DNA of 64,000 nt from a virus: IMG/VR virus record IMGVR_UViG_3300048573_000442; one strand, 5' to 3'. The notes under the pieces are model-generated. The model was given only the letters and a program-made list of their open reading frames with translations, had not been told where the DNA came from and ran no database searches. Shown piece by piece: positions 47,539 through 56,418 of the stretch. Position numbers and translations under genes: made by a program. The number at the start of each line of letters is the position of its first letter. Within the stretch, counting starts at the first letter, position 1.

Positions 47539-48060
47539 TTAAACGAACGCTTCGACTACATAATACCAATAGGCATCTGAATCTGTTTCATCCGCATCCC
47601 CTGGATCGTCAGGTTCATAAATTTTAATAACGCGTCCTTTTACGCCTTTACGCATCATGAATTCATCCTGTACATTCTCGGGATGACCCGGACTGCTATG
47701 TTTTATCGATCTTCCCCATGAATGACCAGATGGCAACCTAATTTCAAAAATTGCCACATTTTCACTCGGCGTATCAAAATTGCCAGGTAGAATTACGCCT
47801 TGAATAACTCCATCTACACTGTTGCTGGTAGATTGAGCAAACTGCCACACTCCCCCAATTTTTAATTCTTGGATTGCACGTTTAGCCTTTTTACCAATTT
47901 CGGCACGGTAAACCACGCGAGGTTCTTTAAGAGGCGGTGATTCGTCAATCCATTTATCTAACTCTTGGCTTGGTATCGCTGCCTCAATCCATTTATCTAT
48001 AAAGTCTTGAATGTTTTCTGATTCAGTTACAGTTCGTAGGAGTTGATATTTTTTAATCAT
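47539..48060 (-). CDS. R-S-E clade ADP-ribosyltransferase (Alt/Mod-like catalytic domain)
   Basis: VVYRA, QSTSNS, IFEI, QDEFMMRKG. Confidence 0.7.
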   Translation of the reverse strand: MIKKYQLLRTVTESENIQDFIDKWIEAAIPSQELDKWIDESPPLKEPRVVYRAEIGKKAKRAIQELKIGGVWQFAQSTSNSVDGVIQGVILPGNFDTPSENVAIFEIRLPSGHSWGRSIKHSSPGHPENVQDEFMMRKGVKGRVIKIYEPDDPGDADETDSDAYWYYVVEAFV

Positions 48061-48812
48061 TTGAATTGGGAAGTTGGATAAAGTTTGGCGTAAGCTTCTT
48101 TAGAGATATGGATTTCCCCGGTCTTACTAAAATGATCTACTAAATAATAGTGCCGTGCATAAATGTGTAAGCTGGTAACAGTCCAATAAATTTTGCCGAC
48201 TTCTACGTTCAACTCAGCAGCCAGCCTTTCAAGGACATGTTGCTGCCATGCCAAATCATTTCGAAACCCAAATATAGAATCGTTGCTTCTCATTTGGACA
48301 TGTGCATTTAACGCCCCATTTCTAATAACGTATCCTACAGCATTAGTGCAAATAAAATCGCTGCGACCATTGAGATTATATTCTGACCACATTGTCGGGC
48401 GAGTATAAATCATAACAGCCCGTCGGGATTCTGGGTTCTGCTTGAGCTCCTTTAAACAATTTTCATATTGGTTGCCATTCCAATCAGAGAAAATAATTGC
48501 CCCGTAATTCGAATTGATAAACCCGTCTTTATCTGCGACAGCTTTCCAAATAGCTGGAGCACCTCCGGGAATGTCATTAACATTTAATGACAATGAGTTA
48601 TACCATTGTTCTTCACGCTTAACATAGTCCCAATTAACTTCGCCGAAAATTGCTTCTTCATCTGCAACAAATGAAGCCCCAACAATTTCGATCGTTGTGT
48701 TACCAGTCAACCCGGTCATTGAAGCTTCGCGATTGACTGTTGTGAATTGCTTTTCGGCCAAAAGGCGGGCGAATTCATTACGAATGTCTGAGACATTATT
48801 TTTATAAAGCAT
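48057..48812 (-). CDS. 42: dCMP hydroxymethyltransferase (T4 gp42-like)
   Basis: INSNYG, SRRAVMIYTRP, DFICTN, QMRSNDSIFGFRNDLAWQ (Asp at the TS-Asn177-equivalent position), SLHIYARH. Confidence 0.82.
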   Translation of the reverse strand: MLYKNNVSDIRNEFARLLAEKQFTTVNREASMTGLTGNTTIEIVGASFVADEEAIFGEVNWDYVKREEQWYNSLSLNVNDIPGGAPAIWKAVADKDGFINSNYGAIIFSDWNGNQYENCLKELKQNPESRRAVMIYTRPTMWSEYNLNGRSDFICTNAVGYVIRNGALNAHVQMRSNDSIFGFRNDLAWQQHVLERLAAELNVEVGKIYWTVTSLHIYARHYYLVDHFSKTGEIHISKEAYAKLYPTSQFK

Positions 48813-48856
48813 TTTTTATCCTTACTGGTTTAAAACAGTAATTTTAACACACAATT

Positions 48857-49033
48857 TCAGTGCCACTTATCTTCTTTTCCGCTTGGATCCGTCAGACGGA
48901 GATCTACGTACTCTGTAGATCCTTTATCGAAGCCCTTAATAAAGGCTATACATTCGGAACGCGTGCCAGAGAAAATCTTCTTTTCATTTGATTGCTGAAT
49001 TACTGAAAAAGCTGCCAGTTCTTTTAGCTTCAT
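48857..49033 (-). CDS. Small protein MKLKEL... (start revised to 49033)
   Basis: ATGA overlap with the upstream gene and a GGAG RBS. Confidence 0.55.
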   Translation of the reverse strand: MKLKELAAFSVIQQSNEKKIFSGTRSECIAFIKGFDKGSTEYVDLRLTDPSGKEDKWH

Positions 49034-49626
49034 ATGTCTCCATCCGTAAAGACGATAAACGGGATCAACACTGGATCTACCCATTCTTTTACATTCTTTT
49101 TAGTATTTGGAACGAATCTTCTATCTTTTGTTCCTATCGATTCTATAATCAGTCTAAATGATGGCTCCGAATATGCGTCGATGTCCAAAATTTTATTATT
49201 GAATAAGTCTAAGGTCCTAACGCTAAATTTTTTCCGAAGACTTTCCCAAAATGCTTTTGATGATGCAGTTTGTAAATCATCTGAAACGACTTGCATTTTC
49301 ATGAACTCTTTTAGGAATCTGACAAGAGCTGACAGAAAACCTTTATTCCTCACGTCTGGCCTTGTCCAACTTCTAGCAATTATCGCGGAATCTCTTCCTA
49401 AGATCACTTGTTCTTTTATTATTAAGTATGAAGAAACGCCCTTCTCATCCTCATTGAAGAAAACATAATGGTCTTCTTCATTATAAATGGTGCTCATAGC
49501 ATAAATTTCACGATGATCTGATTCGCCCATGAATTTTTTATTTGCTGCCATCTCTTTTGTTATCTGAAAAAATGAATCTGATGCCTGTGGGATCATTGCT
49601 ATTTCCTTTAATTCATATGTCTCCAT
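49030..49626 (-). CDS. GNAT acetyltransferase, paralogue 1 (start ambiguous)
   Basis: RSWTRPDVRNKGFLSAL...VVSDDLQTASSKAFWESL. Confidence 0.78.
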   Translation of the reverse strand: METYELKEIAMIPQASDSFFQITKEMAANKKFMGESDHREIYAMSTIYNEEDHYVFFNEDEKGVSSYLIIKEQVILGRDSAIIARSWTRPDVRNKGFLSALVRFLKEFMKMQVVSDDLQTASSKAFWESLRKKFSVRTLDLFNNKILDIDAYSEPSFRLIIESIGTKDRRFVPNTKKNVKEWVDPVLIPFIVFTDGDI

Positions 49627-50203
49627 CTGTAAAGACGATTAACGGGATCAACACTGGGTCTACCCATTTATTAGTATTTTTCTTCGTATTGGGTTTTAAC
49701 CCCTCGCGCATTATAGAACTTCTCGACTCTATAATAAGACGGTAGGATGGGAGCGAATAAGCATCCGCATCTATGATTGCATTGCTATTAACATCCAGCG
49801 TTTTAACTTCAAATTTTTTCTTAAGGCTGTCCCAAAACATTTTTGAGGACAGTGTTTGAAGATTATCAGAAACAACTTGCATTTTCAAAAAATCTCTGAT
49901 AAATTTTACAATCGCTGATAAGTATCCCTTATTTCTAACATCCGGTCTAGTCCAGCTCCTAGCAATGATAGCTGCATCTCTACCAAAGATATTATCTTCT
50001 CGAACTATCAAATATGAAGAGACGCCCTTCTCATCCTCATTGAAGAAAACAAAATGCGGTTCACTTTCATGAATTATAGAGGTAGAGTAAATTTCACGAT
50101 GATCTGATTTGCCCATGAACATCTTATTTGAGACCATATCTTTGGTTACCTGAAAAAATGAATCTGATGCCTGTGGGATCATTGTTATTTCCCTTAAATT
50201 CAT
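49613..50203 (-). CDS. GNAT acetyltransferase, paralogue 2
   Basis: RSWTRPDVRNKGYLSAI...VVSDNLQTLSSKMFWDSL. Confidence 0.78.
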   Translation of the reverse strand: MNLREITMIPQASDSFFQVTKDMVSNKMFMGKSDHREIYSTSIIHESEPHFVFFNEDEKGVSSYLIVREDNIFGRDAAIIARSWTRPDVRNKGYLSAIVKFIRDFLKMQVVSDNLQTLSSKMFWDSLKKKFEVKTLDVNSNAIIDADAYSLPSYRLIIESRSSIMREGLKPNTKKNTNKWVDPVLIPLIVFTDGDI

Positions 50204-50796
50204 ATGTCTCCATCACCAAAATAAATATACGGCTTCAGAAATGGTTCTTTCCATTGGCCACTATGTTTTTTATTATGGTGTATAAATCCTTCTCCCAATC
50301 TAATAGTTCCAGACTCAATTATTAGTCTATAATTATCATGTTTATAAGCTGAGTAGATATCGCCATCAAATATCCCCTTCGTTGTGAAATTTAACAATCT
50401 GACTTTGAATTTTTTAGATAATGAAACCCAAAAAGCTTGTGAAGATGGTGTATGTTCGCTGTCAGAAACAACTTGCATTTTCAAAAAATCTCTGATAAAT
50501 TTTACGAGTGCCGAAAGATACCCCTTATTTCTTAGCGCTTTTCTTGTCCAACTCCTCACTATAATGGCTGCATCCCTGTCATTAATAGCTTCTTCGTAAA
50601 GAACCAAGTAAGAAGAAATACCATCTTCATCTTTATTAAAAAAGATGAAATATTTCCTATCATTTGTAAACGAACAAGAATAAATTTCACGATGATCTGA
50701 TTTGCCAATGAATTCACCGTGATTGGCAATTGTTTCTGGCAAATCAAAAACATGTTCCGAATTACCCGGAATTAATTTTATTTCATCAAGCTTCAT
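50200..50796 (-). CDS. GNAT acetyltransferase, paralogue 3
   Basis: RSWTRKALRNKGYLSAL...VVSDSEHTPSSQAFWVSL. Confidence 0.78.
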   Translation of the reverse strand: MKLDEIKLIPGNSEHVFDLPETIANHGEFIGKSDHREIYSCSFTNDRKYFIFFNKDEDGISSYLVLYEEAINDRDAAIIVRSWTRKALRNKGYLSALVKFIRDFLKMQVVSDSEHTPSSQAFWVSLSKKFKVRLLNFTTKGIFDGDIYSAYKHDNYRLIIESGTIRLGEGFIHHNKKHSGQWKEPFLKPYIYFGDGDI

Positions 50797-51680
50797 TCTA
50801 ATTCTGTGGGAATCGGCAAATTATTTTTCTTTAACTCCTTAGAAGCCTTTTCAAGTATTTTATCAGCGCCTTCCATTTTATCCTTGATCTGCTTGATAAC
50901 GTCTTCGGCAGTCATTATATCTTTTGCTTTGACGCCGTCACCAAAGATAAATGCTGCGACTTTGTCTGGCACGTTGATAATACCAGCATCTTTTTCAAAT
51001 TCGATATTTTTTCCAACCTGTTTCAAGTGTGAAGCCAATTCATCGGCTGTCACTTTCTCCAGCGTTTTGTTTGTCTTCCCAGTCTTTGGGTTATATTTTG
51101 CCCGTTTAAATAAGCGCTCCATGCCTGTATCAAGTTTAATTGACCTGGATGCCCTTGCAGTAATGTTTCCATCTGCATCACGCTCAACGAAATCTTTTCC
51201 AACTTCCTGAACAAATGACAACGCAGTAAACAGGATAATATTTCTCACTGCTCCAGGATATTTTGATCCTCGACCATCTGCAGAATGATAAATGAACTTC
51301 GCCCATTCTTTACTGCTAACAAACATCAGGTCTACTTGAACTTTTTTGCCATTTACTGGAACTGCATAAGATCCAATTTTTGAACCTTGATTCCAATAGC
51401 CGTTGTTATCTACTGCTGCCAACATTTTCTTGTTGATTTCAGAATAATTATCTCCATCAATTTCCACGGCAATATCAACATCGCCAGATGACTCTCGTTT
51501 GCCAAGCAGAGTAAGCTCTGTGGAACCGAGTAATGAAGATTTTAATTCCTGTTCTGGAATTTTAATAATAGACGAAACATATTTTAAAGCTGCAGAAATA
51601 TCTGCCTGTTTTGCACGCGAAGTTCCGTACTTCTCCGTTGCGTGGCCGCCTTCTGTGAGGAATTGTTTAAATGAAATCAT
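50793..51680 (-). CDS. Pol-beta superfamily nucleotidyltransferase
   Basis: LLGS...SGDVDIAV...KVQVDLMF (hGS, DxD, third Asp). Confidence 0.72.
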   Translation of the reverse strand: MISFKQFLTEGGHATEKYGTSRAKQADISAALKYVSSIIKIPEQELKSSLLGSTELTLLGKRESSGDVDIAVEIDGDNYSEINKKMLAAVDNNGYWNQGSKIGSYAVPVNGKKVQVDLMFVSSKEWAKFIYHSADGRGSKYPGAVRNIILFTALSFVQEVGKDFVERDADGNITARASRSIKLDTGMERLFKRAKYNPKTGKTNKTLEKVTADELASHLKQVGKNIEFEKDAGIINVPDKVAAFIFGDGVKAKDIMTAEDVIKQIKDKMEGADKILEKASKELKKNNLPIPTELE

Positions 51681-51731
51681 TTATTGCCCAAGTGTTCTTA
51701 AAACACTATTTATTGTGCGGTATTGCAATTA

Positions 51732-52295
51732 CTACATTATGCCAAATTTATTGCAAATTTCGAACCAGGCAAACTTGATCGCCCGCGCATCTGACAGGGC
51801 ATTATGACGGCTCTCAGCATTAGCCACAAAATACGAATCAACGCATTTTTGAAAATGCGTGTTTGCAAGTATAAATGAATTTCCCATTATCCCCAAATGA
51901 GCTGCGATGGCAGAGCTTTCACGCGAAATAATTTGGGGGATTACTTCAAACGACACAATTTTTGGGTGTTTGTCGTTTCTAAAAAGCTCTTTTAAAATGT
52001 CGATATCGATACTGTGATCGCTAGTAATAATAATCTCATCAGCTTCGAGTTCAATAAGCCAACACCAAAAGCGCGCAGATAATTCCAGTCTGCGCATTCC
52101 GAATTTGCCAAAATTCAGAGTAGGAATGATGTTTTCTCGAACCCAAGCTGAAGCCATGTTCTTATAGTACTCAGAATTTTCTGCGTAAAATTCTTCTCCT
52201 GTGGATGCAACAGCGCCTAAAGAAATCAAATCACAGTTGATAAAATCAGTAAACTCTGTGTCTATGAAAACGCGAATAGTTTTAATGTCGTTCAT
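51732..52295 (-). CDS. DEDDh 3'-5' exoribonuclease-like protein
   Basis: FIDTEFT, ISLGAV, HNALSDARA. Confidence 0.82.
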   Translation of the reverse strand: MNDIKTIRVFIDTEFTDFINCDLISLGAVASTGEEFYAENSEYYKNMASAWVRENIIPTLNFGKFGMRRLELSARFWCWLIELEADEIIITSDHSIDIDILKELFRNDKHPKIVSFEVIPQIISRESSAIAAHLGIMGNSFILANTHFQKCVDSYFVANAESRHNALSDARAIKFAWFEICNKFGIM

Positions 52296-52338
52296 AATTA
52301 CCTAAAAGTTGAATAATGCCAAATCGTAACGTGTATTT

Positions 52339-53046
52339 TTAAATCACACCTTCAATTCGACCGGCAACATTGCCGATTCCGTCGAGAGAGGTCAAATTTG
52401 GATTACAACGGCAATTAAAAGTCCCACCGACTTCTCTAGGCGCACCCTGTAAAGAAGTTAATTGGTTATAAGAGCAGTTAAAATCCCCACTCACTTCTCT
52501 AGGCGCTCCTTGTAAAGAAGTCAGATAGTTAGCAGAGCAATTAAAATGCCCTCCTACTTCCCTAGGAGAACCTTGTAAGGATGCTAATTGGTTATGATAA
52601 CAGTAAAAATCTTCACCGACTTCTTTAGGAGAACCATGTAAGGATGTTAATTGGTTATGAGAGCAATCAAAATCTTTACCAACTTCTCTAGGCGAACCCT
52701 GTAAAGAAGTTAATTGGTTATGATAGCACCAAAAACTCCCGCCTACTTCTCTTGGTGCATCTTGCAAAGAAGTTAATTGGTTGGCAGAGCACCAAAAATC
52801 CCCACCAACTTCTTTGGGAGCACCTCCCAAAGAAGTTAATTCGTTGCTATAGCACCAAAAATGCCCGCTGACTTTGCCGAAATTGACAGGAATTTGTTCT
52901 AATTGCCTATGATGCAAATCCACACCCCCATCAACATCAACAGACATGTCATCATTGATGGTGTAGTTCTCAATCCCGTGTTTCTTTAGGATAGATTCTA
53001 CTTCTTGTTTAGAAGCAACTGATTCAAATACCTGTTTTAATTTCAT
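52339..53046 (-). CDS. LRR-like repeat protein (7 repeats plus cap)
   Basis: 21-aa / 63-bp repeats GGxFxCxxNxLTSLQGAPREV. Confidence 0.85.
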   Translation of the reverse strand: MKLKQVFESVASKQEVESILKKHGIENYTINDDMSVDVDGGVDLHHRQLEQIPVNFGKVSGHFWCYSNELTSLGGAPKEVGGDFWCSANQLTSLQDAPREVGGSFWCYHNQLTSLQGSPREVGKDFDCSHNQLTSLHGSPKEVGEDFYCYHNQLASLQGSPREVGGHFNCSANYLTSLQGAPREVSGDFNCSYNQLTSLQGAPREVGGTFNCRCNPNLTSLDGIGNVAGRIEGVI

Positions 53047-53813
53047 GATAGGTCGCCTTCAATTCGACCAGCTACATAGCCTATTCCGCCAAGTGAGGCC
53101 AAATCTGAGTTATCAGAGTAAATAAAATCTCCGCCTACTTCCTTAGGAGCGCCCTGCAAAGAGGTTAATTCGTTGCTGCGGCAGAAAAAATGCCCACCCA
53201 CTTCTCTAGGCGCGCCTTCTAGGGATGTTAATTGGTTGTAAGAGCAATTGAAGCTCCCACCAACTTCTCTAGGTGCACCTTGTAAGGACATTAATTCATT
53301 ATAAGAGCAATCAAAAACCCTACCAACTTCCCTAGATGCGCCTTGTAAAGAAGTTAATTTGTTGTGATAACAATAAAAACTTCCACCTACTTCCCTAGGT
53401 GCACCTTGTAGGGATGTTAATTGGTTGCCAGAGCAATTAAAAGCCCCGCCTACTTCTCTCGGTGCACCTTGCAAAGAAGTTAATTTGTTGTGATAGCAAT
53501 CAAAACTCCCTCCGACTTCTCTTGGCGCGCCTTGTAAAGAAGTTAATTGGTTATGATAGCAGTAAAAATGCCCGCCTACTTCTCTAGGTGAACCTTGTAA
53601 AGAAGTTAATTGGTTATGAGTGCAATCAAAATGCCCACTGACTTTGCCGAAATTTACAGGAATCGAGCTCAGCTCCACGCTGCGTAAATCCACGTCCCCA
53701 TCAACATCAACAGACATGTCATCATTGATGGTGTAGTTCTTAATCCCGTGTTTCTTTAGGATAGATTCTACATCCTGCTTAGACGCTGATTCAAATACTT
53801 GTTTTAATTTCAT
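53043..53813 (-). CDS. LRR-like repeat protein (8 repeats plus cap)
   Basis: Same 21-aa repeat. Confidence 0.85.
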   Translation of the reverse strand: MKLKQVFESASKQDVESILKKHGIKNYTINDDMSVDVDGDVDLRSVELSSIPVNFGKVSGHFDCTHNQLTSLQGSPREVGGHFYCYHNQLTSLQGAPREVGGSFDCYHNKLTSLQGAPREVGGAFNCSGNQLTSLQGAPREVGGSFYCYHNKLTSLQGASREVGRVFDCSYNELMSLQGAPREVGGSFNCSYNQLTSLEGAPREVGGHFFCRSNELTSLQGAPKEVGGDFIYSDNSDLASLGGIGYVAGRIEGDLS

Positions 53814-54499
53814 GATAGGTCACTTTTAATTTGTCCAGCTACATTGCCGATTCCGTCAAGTGAGGTCAAATTTGGGTTATCAGAGCAATTAAAATCACCA
53901 CCGACTTCTTTAGGCGCACCCTGTAAAGAAGTTAATTGGTTATAAGAGCAATTAAAATCCCCACTCACTTCTCTAGGCCCGCCTTGTAAGGAAGTTAATT
54001 GGTTATGATAGCACCAAAAACTCCCGCCTACTTCCCTAGGTGAACCGTGTAAAGAGGTCAATTTGTTACTATTACAGTAAAAATCCCCGCCGACTTCTCT
54101 AGGTGCGCCTTGTAAAGATGTTAATTGGTTGTGAGAGCAAATAAAATCTCCATCGACTTCTCTTGGTGCGCCTTGCAAAGAGGTTAATTCGTTACTATAG
54201 CACCAAAAACTCCCGCCTACTTCCCCAGGTGAACCTTGCAAGGATGTTAATTTGTTGGCAGAGCAGTTAAAATCCCCACCTACTTCTTTAGGTACACCTT
54301 GTAAAGCGGACAATTGGTTGCTATAGCACCAAAAATGCCCGCTGACTTTGCCGAAATTGACAGGAATTTGTTCTAATTGCCTATGATGCAAATCCACGTT
54401 TCCATTAACATCAACCGACAAGTCATCGTTAATGACATAGTTCTTAATCCTGTATTTCTTAAGGATAGATTCTACATTTTGCTTAGAAGGTGCTGTCAT
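53810..54499 (-). CDS. LRR-like repeat protein (7 repeats plus cap)
   Basis: Same 21-aa repeat. Confidence 0.85.
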   Translation of the reverse strand: MTAPSKQNVESILKKYRIKNYVINDDLSVDVNGNVDLHHRQLEQIPVNFGKVSGHFWCYSNQLSALQGVPKEVGGDFNCSANKLTSLQGSPGEVGGSFWCYSNELTSLQGAPREVDGDFICSHNQLTSLQGAPREVGGDFYCNSNKLTSLHGSPREVGGSFWCYHNQLTSLQGGPREVSGDFNCSYNQLTSLQGAPKEVGGDFNCSDNPNLTSLDGIGNVAGQIKSDLS

Positions 54500-54573
54500 A
54501 TTTTGTCTCTAAATTGTTCAGTGGGTAGTCTTGATTTTACTGCCAAAAATCAACTATAGTCAAGCTTTTTTGA

Positions 54574-55128
54574 CTATGCCCTCAGTTCTTTTTGAGTAGT
54601 ATTCGCAAATTTTACGAATTGGTATTGTACCCCAGAAACCGATGTAAAAACTTCAGATCGAGATTCTTCTGAAAATTTGTAGCATCCTTGGTAGAAATAT
54701 TCTGCTTTTGCCGTTCTACCCGATATAGGAAAAATAACATCACCGGCAGGTTCATCAAAAATGATTGTGAGGTACAGCGCTCTTGGTCCATATCGCATGG
54801 CTTCTTGAAAAATATGTTGTCCCCCAATCACCATTGCGCCTGATTCAACTGACTTCCAGGCCTCGGTAAAACTGTTGAAAATTTCATCGGGCACATCACC
54901 ATTCTCAAGCTGTATTTGTTTGCCGCGAGTAATGACGATGTTGTTCCGATTAGGCAGTTTCCTACCAATGCTCGAAAAGGTTCGAGATCCCATGATCACC
55001 GTCTTATTCTGAGTGATGCTCTTAAAGTGCGCAAGATCCTCTGGAACATACCAAGGCATTGAGTTTGTGACAGAATCACCAATTACGCCATTTAGTCCAA
55101 CGGCACAAATCATATCAAATTGTTTCAT
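54574..55128 (-). CDS. folA: Dihydrofolate reductase
   Basis: GVIGD...MPWYVPEDLAHFK...VIMGSRTF...LPNRNNIVIT...VIGG. Confidence 0.93.
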   Translation of the reverse strand: MKQFDMICAVGLNGVIGDSVTNSMPWYVPEDLAHFKSITQNKTVIMGSRTFSSIGRKLPNRNNIVITRGKQIQLENGDVPDEIFNSFTEAWKSVESGAMVIGGQHIFQEAMRYGPRALYLTIIFDEPAGDVIFPISGRTAKAEYFYQGCYKFSEESRSEVFTSVSGVQYQFVKFANTTQKELRA

Positions 55129-55361
55129 GGATCTACTCTAGTATTGGTCATTTTTTCAATTAGCCCCAGGATATATTTCTTTGATGCTTGGCATGATTGA
55201 ATATACGAAGTTTTCTGCTCGTCAGTCAAATCAGTTCGAAGCAGACAATCTAAAATGTTTTCATCTTCGATTCCAGCAGAGGTCTGAACAGCTCGGATAA
55301 GATTTTCGGCATCTGCGTCCCCTAGAACAAATTCAAATTTTACTGCCATTTTATTCCCCAT
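55125..55361 (-). CDS. Hypothetical protein
   Basis: 78-aa coupled ORF. Confidence 0.5.
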   Translation of the reverse strand: MGNKMAVKFEFVLGDADAENLIRAVQTSAGIEDENILDCLLRTDLTDEQKTSYIQSCQASKKYILGLIEKMTNTRVDP

Positions 55362-55875
55362 CTTCGGGAATGTAGATTATTCCAGGGCTAATAATTAAAC
55401 ATTTTGGCGGAAGCCAATTCATTTCTTCGCCTTCACGAATTGTTCCAAAAAACTCATAGCGGAGAGTATTGCCAGCTGCATCAGTCATATCAATCCAATC
55501 AAAGATATCGCTTCCGCAAAACTTGCCAACCGCTTCCGATTTTTCGCCAATAACCATTTCTGTTTCTTGTGCATAAATCTCTTCACTGTCCTCGTCAGCA
55601 TCTTCAAACTGACTCCCGTCAACTTCAGATTGTAGGTCGATATTGGGATCTGACATCTTCGCCATGATCACAGAAATTGATAAGGAATAAAGGCCTATTG
55701 AAATGACATGCGTTACTACCGCTGCTGCAAGCACCTGCCAAACAATCCAATCTAGTTCAAGGAGCAGCACGAATAGAATGGCGAGACCCCCTGAAATAAC
55801 CGTGTTAATAGCAATGCCCTTTACAGAGAATACAGTTTGGGCTGCCTGCAGATACAATTTTTCAACTTGCTTCAT
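55351..55875 (-). CDS. Membrane-anchored hypothetical protein
   Basis: Two N-terminal hydrophobic helices and an acidic C-terminal domain. Confidence 0.6.
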   Translation of the reverse strand: MKQVEKLYLQAAQTVFSVKGIAINTVISGGLAILFVLLLELDWIVWQVLAAAVVTHVISIGLYSLSISVIMAKMSDPNIDLQSEVDGSQFEDADEDSEEIYAQETEMVIGEKSEAVGKFCGSDIFDWIDMTDAAGNTLRYEFFGTIREGEEMNWLPPKCLIISPGIIYIPEDGE

Positions 55876-56071
55876 AAAGTTCCTTTAGTGCTAAAGATTT
55901 TGCCTGATGATTTCTGAGATGGATGCCAACTGCGTCCTCAGTAGTAGGAAAGCCGCCACTGACAAAAAATGGATCTTGCTCGCTACCTATGTTTCGTTCA
56001 TAAGCGATCCAATGTGTATATCCAGCCCGGAGGTAACGAGCAACTTGGCATTCGGTGGGTTTGGTTTCCAT
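55862..56071 (-). CDS. Hypothetical protein
   Basis: 69-aa ORF. Confidence 0.45.
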   Translation of the reverse strand: METKPTECQVARYLRAGYTHWIAYERNIGSEQDPFFVSGGFPTTEDAVGIHLRNHQAKSLALKELYEAS

Positions 56072-56076
56072 AACGT

Positions 56077-56403
56077 TTATGTCTTGGCGTTCGTTTGCGA
56101 TGTTACCATTCCCATAAAATAAGCGGCAACTACCTCAAGAGAAACATACAAATTCAAGCTGGTTCCAGAACCCGCTTTATAAAAGTTAATTTGCTGCCAA
56201 GGCCCGATGCCGCCTACATAAACATAAACGCCGTATAGCGTATTATACTGCGTTTTAAACCACTTCCTTGAACTAAAGGTAATTGGCACTACTTGCCAAT
56301 CCTCACCGGTTTGCTGTCTTGCTAGATCGAGAAATTCCTGAACTTCAGCATTCGGAAGCGGCTGATTTAGTTCACTATCGTGGAGAAATGTAGTACACGC
56401 CAT
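56077..56403 (-). CDS. Hypothetical protein
   Basis: 108-aa ORF. Confidence 0.55.
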   Translation of the reverse strand: MACTTFLHDSELNQPLPNAEVQEFLDLARQQTGEDWQVVPITFSSRKWFKTQYNTLYGVYVYVGGIGPWQQINFYKAGSGTSLNLYVSLEVVAAYFMGMVTSQTNAKT

Positions 56404-56418
56404 TTTATGCCTTATATG

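Noticed and set aside
52339-54499. CRISPR array or diversity-generating retroelement
   Set aside because: The 63-bp units are in-frame coding repeats without unique spacers; no reverse transcriptase, non-coding template repeat or adenine-specific variation is evident in this window.
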